Shown: positions 10,714-18,895 of the stretch, piece after piece | Position numbering within the stretch: position 1 is the first letter of the stretch | How the letters are laid out: each line of letters begins with the position of its first letter | Source of the DNA: Bacteroidaceae bacterium | Lineage (GTDB): Bacteria > Bacteroidota > Bacteroidia > Bacteroidales > Bacteroidaceae | DNA length: 64,000 nucleotides | Direction: 5' to 3' | NCBI GenBank assembly: GCA_963678855.1 | Contig: OY787448.1 | Location: forward strand, 1,348,615-1,412,614 | Translations under genes and position numbers: made by a program | The notes under the pieces: generated by a model | The model's input: only the letters and a program-made list of their open reading frames with translations | Told to the model about the DNA's origin: nothing | Databases searched by the model: none

Positions 10714-11340
10714 TTAGCGCAATCTTAATTCAATATACTCTTTTAAGAGGGCTACAACGGCTTCATCGGGCATTTTTCCAGAGTCTAGACATAAGTCATA
10801 GCTCTGAGCAACGCCCCATTCTTTGTTTGAGAAAAAGTTGTAATAAGCACTGCGGCTTTTATCTGCCTTATGGATTAAATGTCGAGCTTGATCATCATCA
10901 ATATGATTGCGAGTTACCAAACGATGTATACGCTCTTCCTCAGAAGCATGTATAAAGATAGAGATTAGCTTGGGATGATCTCGCAAGATATAATCTGCAC
11001 ACCGTCCCATAAACAAAGCCGACTCACGACCAGCTATTTCACGTATAACATCACTTTGCTGCTTAAACAACTTATCATGACACAAACAATTATTAGACAA
11101 ACTCAAACCTTCTCCTGCAAACGGTAGATTGATACCAAAGAAACCGCCAATAAAATGGCTAGAAGGCTGTTCGTCAGCATTTTCAAAAAACTCTTGACTC
11201 AGTCCTGTTTCTTTACTAGCCATCTCTAGCAACTCTTTCGCATAAAAAGAGATGCCGAGGCTATCGGCCAAAGCCTGACCTATGCTGTAGCCACCACTAC
11301 CCAATTGGCGACCTATCGTGATTACATATTGATTTTTCAT
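10714..11340 (-). CDS. cytidylate kinase-like family protein (AAA/NMP-kinase fold)
   Basis: 208 aa. N-terminal P-loop-like ITIGRQLGSGG and overall layout typical of the Bacteroidetes cytidylate-kinase-like family. Confidence 0.7.
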   Translation of the reverse strand: MKNQYVITIGRQLGSGGYSIGQALADSLGISFYAKELLEMASKETGLSQEFFENADEQPSSHFIGGFFGINLPFAGEGLSLSNNCLCHDKLFKQQSDVIREIAGRESALFMGRCADYILRDHPKLISIFIHASEEERIHRLVTRNHIDDDQARHLIHKADKSRSAYYNFFSNKEWGVAQSYDLCLDSGKMPDEAVVALLKEYIELRLR

Positions 11341-11465
11341 GGTGTATGATTTTATTGTTAGCTCTTATCTATTATCTTTGTAGCTCAAAGTTACTAATAT
11401 TTAGAAGTTTTCCAAATATTTGCTTAGACATTACGCATTGCATCAATGCATTTTGAACAATTACA

Positions 11466-12377
11466 GTGATGATTGAAAATATTCGTCCGAATAGCCTGAA
11501 AGCATGGCTATTGGCAACCAGGCCAAAAACTTTACCAGGAGCATTAGCTCCAGTTATAGTAGCGACTGCACTGGCTTTTCACCATAAAAGCCTAGTGTGG
11601 CCTGTAGCTATACTCTGCGGCACCTTTGCTATTCTCATGCAAATTGTGGCCAACTTCATTAATGATTACACCGACTTTAAAAAAGGTAGTGACCGAGAAG
11701 ATAGACTCGGTCCAGAACGTGCTTGCGCACAAGGGTGGATAAGTCCGCCTGCTATGTTAATGGCAAGTTACTTTACCAGTTTTTTGGCTTGCGCTACTGG
11801 TTTAGGCTTACTCTATTATGGTGGTTGGCCGCTAATAGTGATAGGTGTTACGTGTGTCCTTTTTGCTTTCTTGTACAGCACAGGCCCCTACCCATTAAGC
11901 TACTATGGCTGGGGAGACGTACTGGTTGTAATCTTCTTTGGACTAGTCCCAATATGTACCACTTATTATATAATGTGTAAGGAGGTATCTTATTACAGCA
12001 TATTATTAGGGCTAACTATCGGGATTGCTACAGATGCAATTCTTATGGTCAACAACTATAGAGATATCCATCAAGATCAGCTGAGTAAAAAGCGAACGGT
12101 TGTTGTACGATTTGGGGCACGATTCGGTGAACTTGCTTACGCTGGTATCGGATTAACCACCGTCGTCTTATCAGGCATATATCTATGTTTAGATTTGCAC
12201 CCGTGGTACATTTTAGCATTGATACCCTATGCGCTGTTTTTCACAAATAATTTTAGACAACTCAAACACGTAGGGCCAAGTAAATTGCTTAATGTCATAC
12301 TCGGAAAAACTGCATTTAGTGTCTTACTACTAAGTATAACCCTTGCAATTTGCACAATTATTTTCAACATAACATAA
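11466..12377 (+). CDS. menA: 1,4-dihydroxy-2-naphthoate polyprenyltransferase (UbiA superfamily)
   Basis: 303 aa, about 8-9 TM helices. UbiA motifs NDYTDFKKGSD and NNYRDIHQD. N-terminal SLKAWLLATRPKTL is typical of MenA. The ORF opens with GTG at 11466; an ATG at 11469 is an equally good start. Confidence 0.85.
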   Translation: MMIENIRPNSLKAWLLATRPKTLPGALAPVIVATALAFHHKSLVWPVAILCGTFAILMQIVANFINDYTDFKKGSDREDRLGPERACAQGWISPPAMLMASYFTSFLACATGLGLLYYGGWPLIVIGVTCVLFAFLYSTGPYPLSYYGWGDVLVVIFFGLVPICTTYYIMCKEVSYYSILLGLTIGIATDAILMVNNYRDIHQDQLSKKRTVVVRFGARFGELAYAGIGLTTVVLSGIYLCLDLHPWYILALIPYALFFTNNFRQLKHVGPSKLLNVILGKTAFSVLLLSITLAICTIIFNIT

Positions 12378-12497
12378 TATCGTTAACAATTCATGCTGTT
12401 CTGCAAGAATGAAACATTTTTGTAACATGATTAATTCTTGGTAAACCAGATTTTTTTCGTTACTTTGCCGAACAACAAAATAAGCAAATAAATTTGT

Positions 12498-14804
12498 ATG
12501 GAGACATTCTATTTAGGTGTAGTCATTTTCCTTTTTGGCTTGGCCATTTTCGACCTTGTCGTAGGGGTTAGTAATGACGCAGTAAACTTTTTGAACTCAG
12601 CAGTTGGTGCTAAGGTAGCAAAATTCAAATTGATCTTGATTATTGCTGCAATTGGTGTATTGATTGGTGCTGGAACGTCGAATGGTATGATGGAAATTGC
12701 CCGACACGGGGTTTTTGTTCCTGAACATTACCATTTCAATGAAATTATGACAATTCTGGTAGCCGTCATGCTTACCGATGTGGTTCTACTGGATTTGTTT
12801 AACACAATGGGGTTACCAACCTCAACAACCGTATCGATGGTATTCGAGCTTCTCGGTGGTACCTGTGCCCTTGCAGTATACAAAGCATCAAACACTGGTA
12901 TTGAGCTAGGCACGCTGATCAACACTGACAAAGCCTTAACTATGATTATCGGTATCTTCTTATCGGTAGCTGTGGCATTTTTCTTTGGTGCCGTTGTGCA
13001 ATGGCTTGCGCGTGTTATCTTCAGCTTTAGCTACAAGAAAAACCTGAAGTATACAATTGGTCTTTTTGGTGGTTTTGCAACTGCAATCATCATCTACTTC
13101 GTAGTATTCAAAGGCTTTAAGAAGAGCTCATTCATGACTGCTGATGTCCGTGAACTACTTATTGCAAACACTTGGCAGATACTACTCATGTGCTTTATCG
13201 GTGCAACTATACTGATGCAAATGCTTCACTGGCTTAAGGTCAACGTATTCAAAATCATTGTCTTAATGGGTACATTCTCATTGGCATTGGCATTTGCAGG
13301 TAATGACTTGGTAAACTTTATCGGTGTGCCTCTAGCAGGATATTCATCATATAAGGACGCTGTAAAGCACGATGTATTCAGCCAAAAGGATGGATACAAG
13401 ACTTATAAAATGACCACATTGGCTAAAGGAAGCAACGAAGATGCTCAACGCATTGCTGCTGAAGGAGGTTTTGGCGAACCTGGAAAAGATTCACAAGTAC
13501 CAATTTATTACCTTCTGACGGCAGGTGTTATTATGGTTATCGCATTGGCGACTTCCAAGAAAGCACACAATGTAATCAAAACGTCTGTTGATTTATCTCG
13601 ACAAGATGAAGGAGACGAGAGTTTCGGTAGTACACCTATGGCTAGAACCTTAGTTCGTATCAGTATGAATGTGGCCAGAGGAGTGAACTATATAGTACCA
13701 GAACCAGCACGCAAATGGATAGATAGCCGATTCCGTAAAGACGAAGCTATCCTTGAAGATGGTGCAGCATTTGACTTGGTACGTGCCTCTGTAAACCTTA
13801 TTCTTGCAGGTATCCTTATTATAATCGGCACAAGCATGAAGTTACCTTTATCTACTACATATGTAACATTTATGGTAGCAATGGGTACATCATTGTCTGA
13901 TAAAGCTTGGGGTCGTGAATCTGCAGTATTCCGTATCACAGGTGTATTGAGTGTAGTCGGTGGTTGGTTTATCACTGCTGGTGCAGCATTTACTATCTGT
14001 TTTATCGTAGCAGGTACTATTAATCTACTTGGCCCTTGGGCTCTTGCTGCATTTATTGGTATTGCTATTTTTAGTTTGATACGCAGCCAACTTGTTTACA
14101 AGAAGCGTAAAGCAGTAGATGAGAGCGAAGTATTGCTTAAGCAAATGAAAGAGTGCACGAATGAAGAAGAACAAATTCAACTTCTACGCAAGTATACTCG
14201 TGTAGAGCTTGCTAAGCGCATCGAAAACACAGCTGTTAACTACAACAATACAATCGATGGTTTTGCGAAAGAACGTATTCGTCCGCTTCGTCGTGCATTT
14301 GGTTCTATTCGACTAGAAAAGAAATTGCTTAACCAAATGAAGCATATGGGGACATCTGCGGTGAGTCGACTAGGCAACGACCTAATCCTTCAAAAAGGAC
14401 TATATTATTACCAAAGCAACGACTTTGCATCTGAATTGATCTATAGCATGATTCGCCTAGCTGAACCATGTGTTGAGCATATTGATAACAACTTCAGCCC
14501 TCTATCTCCAGAACAGCTAAGTGAATATCAAGCAGTAGCACAGCGTATCTACAAATTTATGATTGAAGCAAGCAAGGTAATTGCTACCAATGAATATGAC
14601 GATGTAGAAAAATTAATTGACGAAAGCAACCAGCTAAATGCTGAGCTAACTTACATCAAGCGTGAACAACTTCGTCGAATTCAATCAACTAAGGAAAGCC
14701 TTAAGTTGAATATGGTATACTTGAACATGATTCAAGAAACAAACAACTTGGTAACATATTCAACTCACCTGCTTAAGGTAAGCCCTAAGTTCCAACTGGA
14801 CTAA
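12498..14804 (+). CDS. inorganic phosphate transporter (PiT/PHO4 family) with long C-terminal cytoplasmic helical extension
   Basis: 768 aa. PiT signature repeats GVSNDAVNFLNSAVG and AGNDLVNFIGVPL, multiple TM helices, then about 230 aa of soluble helical sequence. Confidence 0.85.
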   Translation: METFYLGVVIFLFGLAIFDLVVGVSNDAVNFLNSAVGAKVAKFKLILIIAAIGVLIGAGTSNGMMEIARHGVFVPEHYHFNEIMTILVAVMLTDVVLLDLFNTMGLPTSTTVSMVFELLGGTCALAVYKASNTGIELGTLINTDKALTMIIGIFLSVAVAFFFGAVVQWLARVIFSFSYKKNLKYTIGLFGGFATAIIIYFVVFKGFKKSSFMTADVRELLIANTWQILLMCFIGATILMQMLHWLKVNVFKIIVLMGTFSLALAFAGNDLVNFIGVPLAGYSSYKDAVKHDVFSQKDGYKTYKMTTLAKGSNEDAQRIAAEGGFGEPGKDSQVPIYYLLTAGVIMVIALATSKKAHNVIKTSVDLSRQDEGDESFGSTPMARTLVRISMNVARGVNYIVPEPARKWIDSRFRKDEAILEDGAAFDLVRASVNLILAGILIIIGTSMKLPLSTTYVTFMVAMGTSLSDKAWGRESAVFRITGVLSVVGGWFITAGAAFTICFIVAGTINLLGPWALAAFIGIAIFSLIRSQLVYKKRKAVDESEVLLKQMKECTNEEEQIQLLRKYTRVELAKRIENTAVNYNNTIDGFAKERIRPLRRAFGSIRLEKKLLNQMKHMGTSAVSRLGNDLILQKGLYYYQSNDFASELIYSMIRLAEPCVEHIDNNFSPLSPEQLSEYQAVAQRIYKFMIEASKVIATNEYDDVEKLIDESNQLNAELTYIKREQLRRIQSTKESLKLNMVYLNMIQETNNLVTYSTHLLKVSPKFQLD

Positions 14805-14830
14805 TCGAATAGATCCAATACATTATATAT

Positions 14831-14860
14831 TAGGCTGTGTCAAATTATTGACACAGCCTA
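14831..14860 (+). terminator. terminator hairpin after the PiT gene
   Basis: TAGGCTGTGTCAA-ATTA-TTGACACAGCCTA (13-bp perfect stem), 27 nt after the stop. The trailing sequence is A/T-rich rather than a clean T run. Confidence 0.55.
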
Positions 14861-15005
14861 ATATATGATATATGATAACACACAGATAATCATACAGCAC
14901 TTAAATTCCCCTTAGTGGCACAAAATAGGCACCTAACACATCCCTCACAGACATCCTGCAGACTTCACAAAGACTTCCAAACCATTTAACTACTGGTATA
15001 AGAGA

Positions 15006-15054
15006 CAAAAAAATCACGCCTATAAATAGAGATGCAAATCTCTATTTATAGGCG
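15006..15054 (-). terminator. intrinsic terminator of the response-regulator gene
   Basis: Minus strand: CGCCTATAAATAGAGA-TTTGCA-TCTCTATTTATAGGCG (16-bp perfect stem) followed by TGATTTTTTTG. Confidence 0.75.
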
Positions 15055-15096
15055 TAACATGATATCCCGAAGGACATTATAGGAAATGTATAAAAT

Positions 15097-15486
15097 CTAC
15101 CAAGTCAGCTTAGGAAGAAAGCCAGTCAAACACTTTTTTAACACTGATGACATAATTGGTTTTACAAGCACTTCATTAGCACCAACATCTAATGCATTTT
15201 GACGGTCAGTATCAAAAGCATAGGCAGTCTGCATGATAATAGGTACTTCAGCATTCAAAGTACGAATTTCTTTCGTTGCTTCAAGACCATTCATCTCAGG
15301 CATTTTGATATCCATCAGAATTGCTTCGATTTTATCTTTGTTCTCTTTGTATAGTTCAACAGCTACTTGACCGTTTTGAGCCCATAGAACTTCAGTCTTA
15401 CGACCGATTATGGCTTTGATCAACTTGATATTGCTGTCATCATCCTCAGCTACGAGAATCACTGGCTTATAATCTTCCTGTTTCAT
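15097..15486 (-). CDS. single-domain response regulator (REC only)
   Basis: 129 aa. Acidic pocket VAEDDDSN, phospho-acceptor ILMDIKMPEMNG, conserved T (IIMQTAYA) and K (LVKPI). No output domain. Confidence 0.88.
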   Translation of the reverse strand: MKQEDYKPVILVAEDDDSNIKLIKAIIGRKTEVLWAQNGQVAVELYKENKDKIEAILMDIKMPEMNGLEATKEIRTLNAEVPIIMQTAYAFDTDRQNALDVGANEVLVKPIMSSVLKKCLTGFLPKLTW

Positions 15487-15606
15487 AATGTGATTTATAC
15501 AAGTAGGGTTTATTTTTAGTTTTTATTTCGTCCGCAATTTAGTTATTTTTTTCGAGATATACCATCTTATTAATAAGAAAAACATGACAATACAGCCCTC
15601 TATGCC

Positions 15607-16485
15607 TTATTTTTTTATTGTATAGGTACTAGAACCTATTAAAATGTTCTCAGCGAAGATATCAACTTGATAAGTACCAGCATACAAGAACTCCTTGACA
15701 TCCCAATACACTGTGACAGCTTGTGGTTCACCTGTATACTCGATATATTTCTTGATTGAATAGTGCAATCGAGTATTCTCATAAGCGAAAGTATCGTTCA
15801 TCCCTCGTGCAAGCACACTATTGTCTGGCTTCAGAACGCGCACATATAAGATACGCTCTCCAGGTGTGGCAGTAATATTCTTTGCAATTGTAAAATCTAT
15901 CTGGAATTGCTTGATATCCTTTACGCGTTTAGCTCTACGCTTACGCTTAGTTTTACCATAAATCTGAATATTTGTGGCATCAAGTTGAGAAGCAAGTGCC
16001 ACTTGCTGGTCCAACTGCTTTTTAACCTCCTGCAAATCATCACGCTCACGACGCGTCCTGTTATACTGACGAGTCACTTGCTTAATGACTTCCTTTTGCT
16101 TAGCATTGATTCGGTTTAGCGAGTCAATCTGAGCCACAAAGCTACGCATAACTTTACGTAAAGAAGATAGTTCTTTCTTTAAACGACGGATTTCACGTGC
16201 ATTGCTGGTTTTAACCATCTGCAATTCTTGAAGAAGTTGGCGGACTTTACTCTGCTCCTTATCCAGCAACTTACCCAAAGAATCATTCTTTACTTGAATC
16301 TGAAGTTCGTCGTATTGTTGAGCAAAAAGCGTATATTCATTTTCAAGTTCTTCTTTCTGAAGTGCAAATTCAGCAACCAGCTCATTCTTTGTTTGATTCT
16401 CTTTAACAAGCAATCCACTAAGAACGAGGACTAACACGATTAGTACCACCGAAGCGACACCAAGGATTTTGATATTGATTTTCAT
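15607..16485 (-). CDS. hypothetical membrane-anchored coiled-coil protein with beta-rich C-terminal domain
   Basis: 292 aa. N-terminal TM (ILGVASVVLIVLVLVLSGLLV), about 150 aa of heptad-rich sequence, a basic patch (KTKRKRRAKRVK), then about 100 aa of beta-like sequence. No family recognised. Confidence 0.6.
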   Translation of the reverse strand: MKINIKILGVASVVLIVLVLVLSGLLVKENQTKNELVAEFALQKEELENEYTLFAQQYDELQIQVKNDSLGKLLDKEQSKVRQLLQELQMVKTSNAREIRRLKKELSSLRKVMRSFVAQIDSLNRINAKQKEVIKQVTRQYNRTRRERDDLQEVKKQLDQQVALASQLDATNIQIYGKTKRKRRAKRVKDIKQFQIDFTIAKNITATPGERILYVRVLKPDNSVLARGMNDTFAYENTRLHYSIKKYIEYTGEPQAVTVYWDVKEFLYAGTYQVDIFAENILIGSSTYTIKK

Positions 16486-16599
16486 GCGTACAAAAATACT
16501 GATTTATAGTGACTTTCTCAATAAATGTATTTTAAAAGGGACTAAAAATACCTAGGCATTTATAACCTTTAGATTAAATAGCCACTCGAAGGAATATTT

Positions 16600-17691
16600 C
16601 TACTTTAGTTGTTTGAAGTATGTTTCCAATAACTCTTTAGCAGCTGTAAAACTACTACTCTGATTATTAAGCACTTCGCGCTCTTTGGCAGTTAGCATTG
16701 CTTCAATCACTTCATTATGATAGAAACTATCTTTTAACTGCTCATTAATGCTCTCATACATCCAATACTTAGCTTGCTCTTGACGGCGATAATCGAAGTA
16801 ACCATTCTTCTTCACAAAGTCAATATAATCATAGACCATATCCCATACTTCAGCTATCTTGAGACCATAAAACCCACTATACGTAAGTACTTTTGGTGAC
16901 CAGCCACTATCTGGTGCTGGAAACAAATGCAATGCATTGCGAAACTGACTAGCAGCCAATTCTGCTGGCTCAACATTATCACCATCAGCTTTATTAATGA
17001 TGATACCATCAGCCATCTCCATAATCCCTCTCTTGATCCCTTGAAGTTCATCACCAGTGTTAGCCAACTGAATCAAAAGGAAAAAGTCAACCATACTATG
17101 TACAGCTGTTTCACTTTGCCCTACACCAACTGTTTCAACGAATATTTTATCAAAGCCTGCTGCCTCACATAAGATAATAGTCTCACGAGTTTTGCGAGCT
17201 ACACCACCAAGACTACCAGCAGAAGGACTAGGACGTACAAAACTATCAGGGTGTACTGTTAGTTTTTCCATGCGCGTTTTATCTCCTAGGATAGAACCTT
17301 TACTACGTTCACTAGAAGGGTCAATAGCGAGTACAGCTAGTTTACCACCATGCTTCTCTAACAAGTGGATACCAAATTCATCGATACTAGTACTCTTACC
17401 AGCACCCGGCACCCCGCTTATTCCCACACGAATGGCATTGCCACTATGAGGAATACATTTCTCAATAACCTCTTGTCCCATAGCATGATGATCCGGACGT
17501 AGGCTTTCAACCAATGTTACAGCTTGTGCTAATGTTGGGATATGTCCTTTCAAGATGCCTTCCACGTACTCATTGACTGACAGTTGCGGACGACGACGTT
17601 TCTTGCGATACGGACTTACGGATGAGGGTTGGGCAACACCTTTGTTGACTACCAGCCCTTTATATTCTGGATCGTTTTCTGGATGATTCAT
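16600..17691 (-). CDS. meaB: methylmalonyl-CoA mutase-associated GTPase MeaB (ArgK family)
   Basis: 363 aa. P-loop GVPGAGKST, ETVGVGQSE switch, NKADG specificity motif. Confidence 0.92.
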   Translation of the reverse strand: MNHPENDPEYKGLVVNKGVAQPSSVSPYRKKRRRPQLSVNEYVEGILKGHIPTLAQAVTLVESLRPDHHAMGQEVIEKCIPHSGNAIRVGISGVPGAGKSTSIDEFGIHLLEKHGGKLAVLAIDPSSERSKGSILGDKTRMEKLTVHPDSFVRPSPSAGSLGGVARKTRETIILCEAAGFDKIFVETVGVGQSETAVHSMVDFFLLIQLANTGDELQGIKRGIMEMADGIIINKADGDNVEPAELAASQFRNALHLFPAPDSGWSPKVLTYSGFYGLKIAEVWDMVYDYIDFVKKNGYFDYRRQEQAKYWMYESINEQLKDSFYHNEVIEAMLTAKEREVLNNQSSSFTAAKELLETYFKQLK

Positions 17692-17735
17692 AACTTAAAC
17701 GTATTTATGGTCAACTACTTCCTAAAGTACATGGG

Positions 17736-18788
17736 CTACAACTGAATAGTCATCTCTAGTTTAGGTTGCAGAGGATCGTTTGTTATCAATAATAGGCGTA
17801 GTGATTCTTCACCAGCCTCGATATATTTCTTTCGAACAGTAACACTCATCTTTTCATTAGCACCTGGTGCTAGTGTACTATGCTTAAGACGTACTTCCAC
17901 AGCAGGGTTAAAGACTTGCACACGATGTATTTTAAGTACTTGATTGCCTTTATTGTGAAGTACCACTCGACGAGTAACACGACTCTTACGAGCAATATCT
18001 TCTGAGATATTCAGCTTCATACTATCAAGAGTTACCGCAGGACTATTTTTTGTGTTTTCTGCGTAAACAGGGAGCAAAGTAAATGTCAGAGGCAATTGAT
18101 TCTCTCCACTCACTAAGTCACCTTCAAAACGTGACAAATACAAGTCTGCATTATACTCACCGAATCTATTGATTTCGCCTGAACGCAAACGAAGACTAAT
18201 TGTACCTTGTTGATTTGGCTCAAGGACTTCAGGCTCATACTTAGCTTCTACATAAGGAGGTAGATGCATCAATTGTACACGGTAAGGCTCTTGCCCTTGG
18301 TTAGCGATACGCATCATTTGACTAGGCACATTTGTCTTCTGCACCTCACCAAAGTCTAGCGAAGTCACACCAATGCGCACATTCCCCATTTGAACAGGCA
18401 ACATGATACTATAGTCGGTAATCTGCTCTACAACAATACCAGAAAAATGGGCATATAGGCGATTAGGTGTGGCATTTGAATAAATAGCAATTTCTTTATC
18501 AAAATGCCCTAACAATTCGGCATCAAAGATTGCTTTTACAACTGCGCTGTCACCAGCCATAATGGCATCATGTGGCCAATCGACTTCAGTACACCCACAA
18601 GAAGCATACACTTGATTGATCATCATAGGGCTATCGCCAGTATTGTGCACCACAAATTCAATCGTCTCAGGATGTTTCCATTGAACCTGACCAACTTCTT
18701 TGTGAACTGCTGTCAATGACATTTTAGGCTGTGCCCAAACGGATAGGGTCGTCACTAGAAGACCCAATATGAATAGAAATTTCTTCAT
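17736..18788 (-). CDS. DUF1573 domain-containing secreted protein (multi-domain, ASH/PapD-like)
   Basis: 350 aa with signal peptide. Hallmark DUF1573 segment FVVHNTGDSPMMINQVYASCGCTEVDWP. Further Ig-like repeats follow (MRIANQGQEPYRV..., VVLHNKGNQVLKIHRV...). Confidence 0.8.
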   Translation of the reverse strand: MKKFLFILGLLVTTLSVWAQPKMSLTAVHKEVGQVQWKHPETIEFVVHNTGDSPMMINQVYASCGCTEVDWPHDAIMAGDSAVVKAIFDAELLGHFDKEIAIYSNATPNRLYAHFSGIVVEQITDYSIMLPVQMGNVRIGVTSLDFGEVQKTNVPSQMMRIANQGQEPYRVQLMHLPPYVEAKYEPEVLEPNQQGTISLRLRSGEINRFGEYNADLYLSRFEGDLVSGENQLPLTFTLLPVYAENTKNSPAVTLDSMKLNISEDIARKSRVTRRVVLHNKGNQVLKIHRVQVFNPAVEVRLKHSTLAPGANEKMSVTVRKKYIEAGEESLRLLLITNDPLQPKLEMTIQL

Positions 18789-18873
18789 CTTGATTGTATA
18801 TATAATCCTATCTCCGCCATTCTTACTTCAAAGTTATTTGACTCTGAGCTCACGACGGAGAAAAACAGTCATG

Positions 18874-18881
18874 CAAAGATA
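18874..18881 (-). promoter_or_regulatory. -7 promoter box (TATCTTTG) upstream of the DUF1573 gene
   Basis: Minus-strand TATCTTTG in the 107-nt gap after the A2M-like gene. A second box, TAACTTTG, lies at 18829..18836. Confidence 0.4.
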
Positions 18882-18895
18882 ATCATTCTATCTGA

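Noticed and set aside
14916-14931. Sigma-54-like promoter TGGCAC-AAAAT-AGGC, of interest because rpoN is in the window.
   Set aside because: The -12 element is AGGC instead of TTGC. The site also points into a convergent terminator region with no downstream gene.
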